The notes: generated by a model from the letters alone, not told the origin. A stretch of 64,000 bases of DNA from an uncultured Gammaproteobacteria bacterium (GCA_963736445.1 CAVTOY010000011.1:6339-70338), one strand, 5' to 3'; shown: positions 49,198 to 59,419, counted from the first letter of the stretch. Numbers and translations are program-made.

Positions 49198-49787
49198 GTG
49201 AAGAAGCACCCTCCCCCGCAGAAACCACGCCCCGTGATATGGCTTGGCCTACTGCTGCCTATCATACTCAGCCAGACGGTCTCCTCAGGCCCTACTCTCG
49301 GTGACCCCATCCTCGGTGGGCGACTGCTCGTGAAAAACGATGGCCTCGTAACCGCAGAGTTTCTGGGGAGCGATGCGGGCTACTTCAATTCTCTGTATCT
49401 GGGCATCCCCGATACAGATGACCGTTTCGTTTTCGACCAATGGACACCGCTGAATCAGGAAACCATCAGCCTTGGGGAATTTTCCGCCGGAACGGACCTG
49501 ATCTTTCGACTGAATGTGCGCAACACCGGATTGAGTTTCTTTACCGGCGACGCGAATCAAACGACGATGGTCTCGCCCATGCGTTGGCGACGACCATCCT
49601 CGACGAAGCAGGCACCTACATCACGACGGTTGGCTTCGAAGACCTTCTCGGCGGGGGCGATCTGGATTTCAACGATTTCGAGTTTCGGTTGACCAACGTG
49701 ATCGATCCGGTGCTTGTTGCCGCCCCGCCTGTGCTGGCGCTGGGTCTCTTGGGTCTCAGTTATCAGCGCCGCCGGAATAGCGGCTGA
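49198..49787 (+). CDS. PEP-CTERM-like surface protein with DUF4114-like motif, frameshifted near 49560
   Basis: Signal-like N-terminus; GFEDLLGGGDLDFNDF; C-terminal VAAPPVLALGLLGLSYQRRR; split across two ORFs. Confidence 0.75.
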
Positions 49788-49909
49788 GCTGGGTTGGGTC
49801 AACTCGCTGCAGAGCAGTCAATCGACCAGACGCTGGCTTTCAGCATAGCTGGCTATGCATGGGTGCAAAAAATGGGGTAGCCATCAATTACGAACCACCC
49901 GGTCTGCAT

Positions 49910-51079
49910 TTAGCCTACCTTGTCACTCGATTCCCCGAGGAAGGCATCGACATCACCAACCGGACTATTGCGCAACAGATAGACCCTGAGATTTGTCCGC
50001 CGCGAAACATGACCGTTCAGGCTGACCCGCACCGGCTCACGATCGAGAATACCCAAACGCCGGCTGAGACAGTCAGCACGCCAACGTTTGTTGGCCTTTT
50101 TTGCGCGCTCTTCCAGCACAATTCGGGTAAGCGCAAACTCGTCGATCGGCTGTTCGTTAAAGACCCGCGTGATGATTTCGCTGCGGGCCTTTTCGAATCC
50201 ACCTTGCTGAACGCCCATGTCATATAGCGCGGCCAGACAACGCAGGTTGTTTACTGCGACCGGGGAGATACCCTTCATGAAGGAGAGCGTTGACAGCAGT
50301 ACCTTGCCATATTTGTCATAGGCGTAGCGCAGCATCACCCCGCGAAACACCTCCTCCCGCCCGACTGCCTGGAGATAACCCTTCCAGGGTCGGGACAATC
50401 CGTGCTTCGAACTGCCAGTGCTCAAGCCATCGGCCCAACGGACTGCCTTGGCGCGTGATCCGTCCAGAACCTTCCAAAAGGCATGATAGTCTGGGTCGTT
50501 ATCTTTAAAGCAGATCCTGAGAAGGGGCCCATTCTCGCCGCGAAAACGACGAAACAGTTCCTGCAAGGTACCTGATCCCAGGTTGCACTGTATCGGACCG
50601 AACGAGAGACCCGCCCCATCGAAATTGCCAGTCACCTGCTGATACGGATCACCGCTGGTCTCGTATGCGGCAGTGACTTGCATACCGCAATCAAAGGCAG
50701 TCTCCGGCTTGATGGGCGGCATGGCGGCCGAGTCCAGTATCTCGAGGTACAAATCACCGCTGGCCGCTGCTACCCGGCTGACATACTTGTCCCGTTTGAG
50801 CTCACGCCCGGCCTTGGCAAGTCCCTCGGCATCGGCGCTACCGACGACGATACACCTTCCCTTCGCCCCTGGATTGAGAGAGGTCGCAGGTTCAAGTTGC
50901 TTGATAGTAATGGCCGTATCCATGCGATCTCGCAGTATTTGCAGTGCAGCAACCAGCTCGCGGTGTATATGAATTTTTCCCCCGCGGTCGAAGAACTCCT
51001 TGACCTTGAAATTGGGTGTTAAGCGGCTGTTGGCAGAGCCGTCAACGATAAAATCGTTGTCGTAAAGAATCTTTGCCAT
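49910..51079 (-). CDS. Putative peptidoglycan hydrolase: degenerate peptidase M15-like N-domain plus lysozyme-like domain
   Basis: LTPNFKVKEF...LVAALQILRD; VTAAYETSG...GNFDGAGLSFGPIQCN; GAGGAG RBS. Confidence 0.65.
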   Translation of the reverse strand: MAKILYDNDFIVDGSANSRLTPNFKVKEFFDRGGKIHIHRELVAALQILRDRMDTAITIKQLEPATSLNPGAKGRCIVVGSADAEGLAKAGRELKRDKYVSRVAAASGDLYLEILDSAAMPPIKPETAFDCGMQVTAAYETSGDPYQQVTGNFDGAGLSFGPIQCNLGSGTLQELFRRFRGENGPLLRICFKDNDPDYHAFWKVLDGSRAKAVRWADGLSTGSSKHGLSRPWKGYLQAVGREEVFRGVMLRYAYDKYGKVLLSTLSFMKGISPVAVNNLRCLAALYDMGVQQGGFEKARSEIITRVFNEQPIDEFALTRIVLEERAKKANKRWRADCLSRRLGILDREPVRVSLNGHVSRRTNLRVYLLRNSPVGDVDAFLGESSDKVG

Positions 51080-51382
51080 CTTGTTCTCCTCGGAATTCCG
51101 TTCAAGTGTCCGACGACGACAACCGAAGACCTAAACCTGTTGAATTGGATTCAATATGAAACCACCTTTTCATCTCAGCATGATCCAACCTGAACTTCTA
51201 TTTGCTTGAAACCTTGAAGCAATGCATGACCGGCGTTGGTTCACGCGAAAACGCAAATCTGGGTCATCCCGGCATGCAAATCAAAAGTATACCTTGCACT
51301 GCTACAAAACATTCAGCGCTGCCGTGCGCAGCGGGTTAATATCTTAATCAGGTTTTCTCACACGCAGGAATCACGCGCCAGG

Positions 51383-52198
51383 ATGCCAGGGGTCTTTGTC
51401 AGCTATCGTCGGGATGACAGCCAGGGCTTTGCCGGCCGGCTTGCCGACGACCTCGACGAACTTCTCGGTGACGATCGGGTGTTTCGCGATATCGAGATCC
51501 CAATCGGCAGCGACTTCACCGACGTTCTGCACCGTGCCATCGCGGCCAGCGATGCGCTGCTAGTAGTGATCGGGCGGCACTGGACGGCACATTCGGTCGA
51601 TGGTTTCGAATCTCGCCTGTTCGAGCCGACCGACTGGGTGCGCACTGAAATCGAGGCGGCGTTTGCGCAAGGCAAGCAAGTGATACCGGTGCTGGTCGGT
51701 GGTGCGCGTATGCCGGCTGCCAACGATCTGCCAGACAGCATCCGCCATCTCGCCCAGCTGCAGGCGGCGGAGCTCAGCGACCGGCACTGGGACGACGAGA
51801 TCGACGAACTGGCCGATCGCCTGCGCACTCTGTGCCCCTCGCTGGCCAACGACCGGCCGGCGTCTGATCGCGCGGAGTCACCGGCCGAGGTTTTGCGCCA
51901 GCTGGGCGAACGTTTTCTCGACGAGGTGGCGTCGCGTCGCCGTCCGCGCGTGGAGCCCGCTTACAGCCAGCGCCTGTTCGGCTCAATCGGGCGCAGCCTG
52001 CGGAAGCTGGCCGGTATGGCGCTGGTCCTGACGCTGATCTATTTCGGCATTCGCCTGTTTGGCGATCAGTCGATGCTCAGCACCCTCGATGCGTTCGAGG
52101 CGCGCCTGCAGATCGGCTGGGAGCGCCTGCAGCACTACCTGCAGCGAGTGCAAACAGCGGGTGCGATCTCCTCGCTGGTTCTATCATTCAGAGCATGA
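51383..52198 (+). CDS. TIR domain protein with C-terminal transmembrane helix
   Basis: VFVSYRRDDS, DWVRTEI (catalytic Glu), VIPVLV; TM LAGMALVLTLIYFGIRLF. Confidence 0.9.
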   Translation: MPGVFVSYRRDDSQGFAGRLADDLDELLGDDRVFRDIEIPIGSDFTDVLHRAIAASDALLVVIGRHWTAHSVDGFESRLFEPTDWVRTEIEAAFAQGKQVIPVLVGGARMPAANDLPDSIRHLAQLQAAELSDRHWDDEIDELADRLRTLCPSLANDRPASDRAESPAEVLRQLGERFLDEVASRRRPRVEPAYSQRLFGSIGRSLRKLAGMALVLTLIYFGIRLFGDQSMLSTLDAFEARLQIGWERLQHYLQRVQTAGAISSLVLSFRA

Positions 52199-52570
52199 TT
52201 GAATCGGATTCCCTGTCCGCACCTAATCCCCATGCGCTCGGCGCGATGCTGTTGACCGAGTTTGCGCCGGTACTGGTCACGCGCCGGTTCTGTCGCAAAC
52301 ACTGCAGGGAGCCTAGCCTCAATCACCTGACGCCGCCGGTCGAAGACTATTTTGGGCGAGAGTCGATTGGGTCGCGCGAAAAAGAAGAAAGCTAAAGAAC
52401 GGAAACTGACGCAAAACTTGGTCGTCCCTAATAACTACGCGCACGTTGCCGTCGCCACTGAACTTCAGGCACACTCGTGGTCGCAAGGCTACAGGCGGAA
52501 ACCACTTTGAACCGACGGGCCCTCGATCAAGCTGCGCACCCTGCCCCGACGTCGCTGCAAAGGTGAGGCA

Positions 52571-54469
52571 ATGAAAACGTTTCTGCGTGGTTTGCAGGTT
52601 TTATCGGGATTGAGTGATCAGGAAATCGACCTACTGGCGCGAGCGGCACAAGAACGGCATTTTCGCACCGGCGAACGGATCATACTCAAGGACGAACCCG
52701 GAAGATCGGCGTACATACTCAAAGACGGAACGGCCGAGGCAGTCATCGAGAAACGCAACGCCGAGCCGATGCGTCTGTCGATGATCCATGCGGGTGAGAT
52801 GTTTGGCGAATTGGCGCTGTTTGACGATGCGCCGCGATCGGCGACTGTTGTCGCGACTACCGATTGCGATGTGGTCGAGATCCGTCGCGATGCCTTCGTC
52901 CAGGAAATCGCGCAGAACCCGGCAATGGCGCTCAAGCTGCTGTCGCTGCTGGCACAGCGATTGCGCCGTGCAGAGAGCGTCATCAGTGATTTCTCCGACC
53001 GCATCTATGGCGACGTCCTGCCGCGTCTGCAGGACGCGGTATCGGCGCAGCTGGACTCGGCCAAGATCATCTGCGAAGAATCCAGAAAGCGTGCCGAGTC
53101 AACGATTGAGCACGCCAGGCGCCTGCAGGAAACGACGGACCAGCATTGGACCACGCTGAGCCGGATCGGCACCGTGGTCGGCCTGCTGGTGCTAGCGGGT
53201 GGCGCATTGACGGCTTTTCTCGGATTGAATCGGGTCGAGTTCGTTGCTCAACAGGCCGTGGACGAGGCGGTCGAGCCGCTGGCGGGTTTTGTTGGTCAGA
53301 TCGAGCGAAGCAAAGCGGCGTATGAGACGTTGCAGACCGAGACGGCGAAGTTTTTCAGCGACGCCAGGGAGAAGCTCGAACGTGATGTGAAGGATCTTGA
53401 GGTGATGCGGCAAACCGCGCTCGAACTCGACAAAATGCGCCGCGACCTGCAGTTGGATGGCGGCCCGGACGCCAGTCTGCCGAAACGGGTGACGGGCGAA
53501 ATGGCACGGGACTTTATCGCGGCCCGTCGCAACCTGATCGATCAATACTTCAAACAGCCGACCCGCTGGGAACCGGAGATTCTGATCGAGGCGCTCGATC
53601 TGTTGAAAGAGGCACTTGATCGCCGTTTCATGACGTTAAAGCAAGAACAATGGGCGTACGTTGTCGACACGGTGATTCAGGCTTTGAGGAATCCTCCCGA
53701 TCATTGGCGCCTCCGGGTGAAGTTGCGCGAAGTAACGGAAAAATTTTATGCCGCCATGGTGGCTTCCGGCTATCAGCGTGGTGTGCGGGATATGATCGGG
53801 AGGATGCAGGCGCAGCTCGAGAAAGGCGAGTTGGGGGCGCAAGCGTCAAGTCTGACGGCAACGATCCTGGCCAGGTTCCGGTTTGACTCGAAGTCCGTGA
53901 AGCTCGAGCTGAGCGCATTGCAGCAGAGTGGCTCCCGCTGGCGGGGCAGCGGGGCGGCGGTCGACCTGGTGGCACTCGGTGACAAGAGCGCATGGTCGAC
54001 TCTCAGAACGGCCCTTGCCGGTCAATTCGTGACCGGTTCAACCGTTGACAGTGAGGAAGCACGCGAGCGCCGCGTTGCGGCGGCCTTCCCGGCCGCTTAT
54101 CAGATAGCCGAGCGGGCGACCCAGGGCGACCCCGGCGACCGTCGGCGTTTCAGCATCGAGATACTCGACCGGCAGTTGAATGCTGATCGGCTGGCAGCCC
54201 ATCTCGATCCCTGGCCGAAAGATGCCCCGGTCGGAGCCGACCTTGTCGGCTACACAATTTTCCAGGGACTGATCCGCGACCCCGACAGCAGCAACCTTTT
54301 TTCCTGGCAGTATTCGTGTGATCTCGTCTGCGACCTGGGTTGCAGCGCGAATGAGGACACTGGCGGCGGGCAGTGGTGCGCGCCCTGTCTTGACGGCCTG
54401 AAGGATCAGTACATGCACGGCACCGAAGCACCCGTCCGGCTAAACCGGCCATGCGGTGAAGCACCATGA
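52571..54469 (+). CDS. Cyclic-nucleotide-binding domain / coiled coil / TM / large helical domain with Cys-rich C-terminus
   Basis: GEMFGELALFDDAPRSATVVA; TM IGTVVGLLVLAGGALTAFLGL; no HTH. Confidence 0.85.
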   Translation: MKTFLRGLQVLSGLSDQEIDLLARAAQERHFRTGERIILKDEPGRSAYILKDGTAEAVIEKRNAEPMRLSMIHAGEMFGELALFDDAPRSATVVATTDCDVVEIRRDAFVQEIAQNPAMALKLLSLLAQRLRRAESVISDFSDRIYGDVLPRLQDAVSAQLDSAKIICEESRKRAESTIEHARRLQETTDQHWTTLSRIGTVVGLLVLAGGALTAFLGLNRVEFVAQQAVDEAVEPLAGFVGQIERSKAAYETLQTETAKFFSDAREKLERDVKDLEVMRQTALELDKMRRDLQLDGGPDASLPKRVTGEMARDFIAARRNLIDQYFKQPTRWEPEILIEALDLLKEALDRRFMTLKQEQWAYVVDTVIQALRNPPDHWRLRVKLREVTEKFYAAMVASGYQRGVRDMIGRMQAQLEKGELGAQASSLTATILARFRFDSKSVKLELSALQQSGSRWRGSGAAVDLVALGDKSAWSTLRTALAGQFVTGSTVDSEEARERRVAAAFPAAYQIAERATQGDPGDRRRFSIEILDRQLNADRLAAHLDPWPKDAPVGADLVGYTIFQGLIRDPDSSNLFSWQYSCDLVCDLGCSANEDTGGGQWCAPCLDGLKDQYMHGTEAPVRLNRPCGEAP

Positions 54470-54809
54470 TACTGACGCCCGGGGACCCCACGCCCACACA
54501 ACGGCCCGGTAGCCGCGTCCCGGCAGCTACCGTCTATGTTGCCGTCGAGCGAACAGGCAATTTCGCGCACGCACCGTCTGCGGTCGACCGCTTGACCCGC
54601 TGACCAGCGGTTTTGATGGGCCCCGTCGGGAGGCCGGTTACGAAACGGATGCAGCCCGTGCCGAAAGCGCTGATTTGCAACACAGCGGTGCGAGTTGACC
54701 CTAAGAATGCTGCCATGCAAAGGGTGCTATATTTTTTTCATCAGACATCTACGTCTGCGACAACAACCGAGGTCGATCGGCCCTCGTGGCCGGTCGGGAA
54801 TGCGCTGCG

Positions 54810-55538
54810 ATGGATGACATCTTTCTGAGTTACTCGAGAAAAGACCACACCAGCGCCGAAAAATTGAAGCAGCGCATCGAGGGTCTCGGCTATACCGTAT
54901 GGATGGACACCGAAGACATCCGCGGTGGCGACCTGTGGCGTCGGCAGATCGTGGAGGGTATCGAGCAATGCCGTCTTTACATCATCCTACTCAGCGCGCA
55001 CTCGATCGAGTCCGACAATGTCCGTCGCGAACTGGATCTGGCGCGAGCGAAGCGCGTACCGATTCTGCCCGTATCTGCGCATCCAGCGCCGCCGGGGTTG
55101 TCGCGTGAAATCGAGTATCAGCTGGTTGGCCTGCAAATGGTCGAAGAAAACCTGTTCGAAAACGAGCAGAGGGCCGAGGCACTTTTGGACGGTCTGGCCC
55201 TGGCGCCGCATACCGCTTTCATGCCGGCCTTCCTGGCGGCCTATCTGCAGCCCGACCGCGGCCCCGCGATTCCTTTGTTTGGCGAGCGTCAGACCGTCGG
55301 CCGAGGTCGGCAGGCGGACGTCGACCTGTCGGATCTCGACCGCGATCGATTTGTCTCCAAGCAGCATGCCGAGCTGCAGTGCCGTGATGGTGTCTGGAAG
55401 CTGATCACAAGTGAGAGGGCCAGCAACCCGACACTCGTGAACGGCAAGGCGTATCCGAAGGGCACTGAAATCGATCTGAAAAATGGTGACCAGATAACGT
55501 TCGCGAACGTCACCCTTCGGTTCGTGCAGGAAGGGTAG
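54810..55538 (+). CDS. TIR-FHA fusion protein
   Basis: IFLSYSRKD, SDNVRRELDLA; FHA motifs VGRG, VSKQHA, SNPTLVNG, LKNGDQI. Confidence 0.9.
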   Translation: MDDIFLSYSRKDHTSAEKLKQRIEGLGYTVWMDTEDIRGGDLWRRQIVEGIEQCRLYIILLSAHSIESDNVRRELDLARAKRVPILPVSAHPAPPGLSREIEYQLVGLQMVEENLFENEQRAEALLDGLALAPHTAFMPAFLAAYLQPDRGPAIPLFGERQTVGRGRQADVDLSDLDRDRFVSKQHAELQCRDGVWKLITSERASNPTLVNGKAYPKGTEIDLKNGDQITFANVTLRFVQEG

Positions 55539-55951
55539 CCCGGCTTTGTTGCTGACCATCAGGCGGGCTGGTGCCGACGAGGCCGACTGCACATCTCGGC
55601 GATGGTTTGGCTGAGTGGTCAACGGCTTCCCGGCCGAGCCAAGTCGCGACGCGCTTGGCCTCCGATGCGTTGGCCGCGAGATGCGGGGCCGTGTAACAGA
55701 GGAAGACTCGTTCCATAAAATGCTATCGCGGTCTGGGAGAAAGAAGGACGATGAAACCGGGACTGACGGCGTGCCGGCCTATTGAAGCATGGTTTGCATT
55801 CTGCTCAAATCTCCAAGACTAGTGGCCGACACACCACCCCGAGACGCAGCTCGCGGGCTGCACGTACACCGCGCGGTGATCCCTGTGGCCCTGCTGAACA
55901 GGCGGCGCATCGTAGCGCCCTTTGCCCATCCCACGCCTGAGGGAATACCCG

Positions 55952-56341
55952 ATGAGACAACGCTTCCGCCGCAAACCCGACCAGGCCGTCTCGGCCGTCC
56001 GACTCGCGCTGGATTTCGACGGCTTCAGTTACCGGAAGTGGGGCGACACGCAGCGCGCAGCCGCGGGCGACTGGCTCATCGACAATAACGGCGAAGTCTA
56101 CACGGTGAGCTCGGAAACTTTCGCGCGTACATACCGGGAAGTCAGCCCGGGCCGCTGGGTGAAAGTGGCGCCCGTGTGGGCCGAACGCGCGTCCGAATCC
56201 GGCAGCGTTGCCACGCAGGAAGGCCGGACACACTACGAAGCGGGAGACTGGCTCGTGTCGAACCGCGAAAATGGTGAAGATGCCTATGCGATCAGCGCCG
56301 GAAAGTTCGAGAAGCTGTACGAGCCCGATCCTGACCGGTAG
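55952..56341 (+). CDS. Small protein with duplicated GDWL motif (PGDYG/DUF2829-like)
   Basis: AGDWLIDNNGEVYTV...FARTY and AGDWLV...AYAI...FEKLY; GAGGG RBS. Confidence 0.75.
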   Translation: MRQRFRRKPDQAVSAVRLALDFDGFSYRKWGDTQRAAAGDWLIDNNGEVYTVSSETFARTYREVSPGRWVKVAPVWAERASESGSVATQEGRTHYEAGDWLVSNRENGEDAYAISAGKFEKLYEPDPDR

Positions 56342-56768
56342 CTTGGCCTCCTTGTCCTTCGCTTCCCGGCTGCCGATATCGTCGCCCATGGGCTGAGAGT
56401 ACAGGTCGAGACGTGGGAAAGGTCGAAGTGAAAAGCCGCGCCCTGCTCTTGCATCAGCATGATAGTGTGTGGGCGCAACGCGTGACCTACACCCAATTCG
56501 CAGACTGCGTTAACGTTACCGACGGAGATATCTGCGACCACCAGATCGGCGGGCAACAGCATCTCGTACATTAGGGCATCAATCCTGCCGCATCCAGCAT
56601 CTTGTCCGCACGAATGCAGCGCAACCCCGCTTCTTGCAGGGCCGCCTCAATGATCAACTCCTAGGTGGCATCGAGATCCAGGGTGCAGGCCTTGTGATCT
56701 TTCGTGTAGGCCGTCTTCTTGCCGAAATCCATGACCACGAAGCATGTCTTCCGTGTGTCCTCCGGCAT
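56342..56768 (-). pseudogene. Disrupted nucleoside-deoxyribosyltransferase-like N-terminal domain (as found in DUF4071/TRAF-binding proteins)
   Basis: MPEDTRKTCFVVMDFGKK...LDLDAT*E...CIRAD / MYEMLLPADLVVADIS..NVNAVCELGVGHALRP / GDDIG; internal TAG, two frameshifts, then truncation. Confidence 0.75.
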
Positions 56769-56800
56769 GTCTTACTTGCGCTCCACCAACAGATCCTCAG

Positions 56801-58468
56801 TCAGTGCGATGCTGATGGGGCAGCGCGTAGCTCTTCTGCCAGCGCCTTGATGACCGACTGGACCCAGATACCCTCATTGGCTTTGTACGTGCCCGGCTGA
56901 TCGCGGAGCTTCGGCATCTGGTGGCTGCCGGCATGATGCAGCCCAACCAGTTTCCATTGCGCATTGAACACCGGGCTGCCCGAACTGCCGCCCTCCGTCG
57001 GCGCGCGGTAGTGCAGGTACGGAGCCTCGTGATCCAGGAGCACGTTGTCCTGAATCGAAAAGGAAAGGGACCCCCCTTTGGGATGCCCGATGATATACAC
57101 CCGTTGGTCGCCGTCCGGGACGGGTAACCGGGGATGTACCGGAAACGGGTCCACACCTCCAGGGACGCTCTCGAGCCGCAAAATTGTCGCATCGAGTTTC
57201 CAGGGGGGTGAGGTCCAGACGAGCTCGGATACAGCGTACTCCTCATCAGCGCATCCCTCTTCGTGGAGTAGCTGAAAGGTAACCACGGCATCCTGGGGAG
57301 CGAGCGCATCCTTGACGTCGGGATTATCAGACACGACATGGGCGTTTGTAATGAGTAGATAGTCTTCGCCCAGCTTCTCGTGTAAATCTCGACCACGCAC
57401 CAGAAATCCCGTTCCGTATCCTTGCCCGGTCACGTGCTCAATCCGCGCGACTGCACGCGCCCGTTCGATTGCGCGTAACATGAACTTGTAGCTGTGGTAG
57501 CGGACTGACCCTAGGATTTTCTCCAGATGCTCGGGGGATTCTCCCGCCAACGCACCGGCGCGCAGCTCCTTTGCATCGACGGTGACCGTACCTCCTTGCC
57601 GTTGAAGTAACTCAGCGCGAAGGACAGGCAGGAGCCTCGCACCCGGTTCTTTGTCGACATCCAGCCGCCAGATCTCTTCCAGTTGTCGCAAGGCACTGCC
57701 AATCTCGAAAGCATCGGCCTGCGGCTCACTGACGTAACGCTGCAGCCACTGCGCGGCCTCATCGTGCTGTTCCAGCGCCACACAGGCCTCCATGGCCGTC
57801 CCGGAATCCCACATGCTAGCCCGCCAGTTTTCCCAGAGCTCTGACATGCGTGCGAGCACGGCTTTGGCAATGGCCCGCCCTCGTTGTCCCGGATCGCCGA
57901 TGTCCTCTATCTTGACGTGATCCTTCTCCGCTCGTAGCAATAAAGCGGCCGAGTTGATACCGTGCCACGAGTGTGCGTTGGGATCGCTGTCGTACACAGC
58001 GAGATAGGCCCTTATCGCTTCACTCAACGCAGCGGCGGCCCTTTCCGATCCAACGCCGCCAATATTGACATACACTTGCTTGTAGGCTCGCCCTAGCAGC
58101 CCGCGTGCTTCCGCCAACTCGAATTCCTGCCCCTCAATGCCTTGCGTGTCTGCCACCAGCGCATTGAGGTAGTGCACCGCTGCACTCAGCTCGCCCTGAT
58201 CGAGCAACGCCTGCGCATATTGCCTGCGAATTCGCGAGCTTGTCAGACCGTTTTGGATAAACGCATCGGCGACGCGTCGTAACTGCTCGAAGCAACGCTT
58301 GCGCTGCAGGCTGCCCAGGACACTCTTCGCAAAACCCTCGTCAGGGCAAAAGGTGGTGGTATTGAGGCGCTGGACTAAGGAGTCACACCGGGAGCCGATC
58401 TCTGTGAGGTCAAAACGTTTCAGGGCATCGTTCAGCCCGGCCTCAAACTCGCTCTCGTTCCAGTCCAT
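56801..58468 (-). CDS. Trypsin-like serine protease with N-terminal TPR-like (DUF4071/TPR-S-like) domain
   Basis: GTGFLV, TNAHV, LDATI, IIGHPKG, TEGGSSGSPVF, VGLHH; EARGLLGRAYKQ...HGINSAALL; no signal peptide. Confidence 0.9.
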   Translation of the reverse strand: MDWNESEFEAGLNDALKRFDLTEIGSRCDSLVQRLNTTTFCPDEGFAKSVLGSLQRKRCFEQLRRVADAFIQNGLTSSRIRRQYAQALLDQGELSAAVHYLNALVADTQGIEGQEFELAEARGLLGRAYKQVYVNIGGVGSERAAAALSEAIRAYLAVYDSDPNAHSWHGINSAALLLRAEKDHVKIEDIGDPGQRGRAIAKAVLARMSELWENWRASMWDSGTAMEACVALEQHDEAAQWLQRYVSEPQADAFEIGSALRQLEEIWRLDVDKEPGARLLPVLRAELLQRQGGTVTVDAKELRAGALAGESPEHLEKILGSVRYHSYKFMLRAIERARAVARIEHVTGQGYGTGFLVRGRDLHEKLGEDYLLITNAHVVSDNPDVKDALAPQDAVVTFQLLHEEGCADEEYAVSELVWTSPPWKLDATILRLESVPGGVDPFPVHPRLPVPDGDQRVYIIGHPKGGSLSFSIQDNVLLDHEAPYLHYRAPTEGGSSGSPVFNAQWKLVGLHHAGSHQMPKLRDQPGTYKANEGIWVQSVIKALAEELRAAPSASH

Positions 58469-58483
58469 GGCTAAGCCCCTGGG

Positions 58484-59419
58484 TCAGAATCCCAACTGCC
58501 GAATCAGCGCGTTGCGTAGTTTCGTCCCACCGAGATACTTGGAAATATTGTGCCGCCACGTGCCAGAGTTCTGCTCATTGATATCGTCAACGCATTCCTG
58601 CCCGTTTTTTCGATAGTCGTTCGCAAAGTTTGGGTCGAATCCGGCGACGGGATCCAACCGGTCAAAGACATTGGTCCACTCGGCCCCCACCTTCTCCGGG
58701 AATCCGTCCTCCCGGCTCCACTCAGGTTTTAGTTTATCTTGGACTTCGTCGAGCCCGAGCGGGCTGCCGATGGTCATCAAGCCATCGACCCGCGGACAAT
58801 CAGGGACGCGCTTCAGGCAATCGTATGCAATGACTGTCCCCATGCTGTGACTCACCACGATATGGGGCCCGTCCTTGGCGGCTCCCTCTTTGATCGCGCT
58901 CACGAAGCGTTTGCGGATTTCCTCCTGGACGCAGTAGGTCACGCCCGCCCTGGGCGAGTGCTCCGCGTTGAAGAGGTAGTGATGAACGTCCCGCAGCAGG
59001 ATCTTCATGAGCCGACGCTTGAGCCACCAAGGCAGAGGAATCCGTTCGAATGCCGCCGACTCGAGTTCGGATTCTGACGGGGAATAGTTCTCGTCTCCGC
59101 CCGGCGCGACGGCATCGTAACCCAGTCTCGCTTCCAGTCCTGCCGCCCAGCGCTGTTCCTCACTGCTGAGCCCACTTTGCCAGCTCATATCGACGTCCCG
59201 ATCATCGCGCTCAATGATGCTGTCATTGCTCTCGTGCTCAGCCATCTCGGGCATGGGTGCCTCGTACATGACGTCAGCCCAATAGACCATTGCAGAGGTG
59301 ACGCCTTCCGATCCCAGATCGAGACCCTCATCCCGAGCGAGGCCCTCCCGCCACAGGCGGAGCAGAACCTCCTGAGAGGGCTTGTTGGCGATACCGTGGA
59401 TGAAGGTTATGTGACCCAT
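58484..59419 (-). CDS. Alpha/beta hydrolase (lipase-like)
   Basis: FIHGI, VYWAD, SHSMG, TIGSPLG, W.NVFD.LDPV, H...KYL. Confidence 0.88.
   Translation of the reverse strand: MGHITFIHGIANKPSQEVLLRLWREGLARDEGLDLGSEGVTSAMVYWADVMYEAPMPEMAEHESNDSIIERDDRDVDMSWQSGLSSEEQRWAAGLEARLGYDAVAPGGDENYSPSESELESAAFERIPLPWWLKRRLMKILLRDVHHYLFNAEHSPRAGVTYCVQEEIRKRFVSAIKEGAAKDGPHIVVSHSMGTVIAYDCLKRVPDCPRVDGLMTIGSPLGLDEVQDKLKPEWSREDGFPEKVGAEWTNVFDRLDPVAGFDPNFANDYRKNGQECVDDINEQNSGTWRHNISKYLGGTKLRNALIRQLGF

Noticed and set aside
52195-52395. 66-aa ORF overlapping the TIR gene stop (ATGA)
   Set aside because: The coupling is suggestive but there is no motif or other support.
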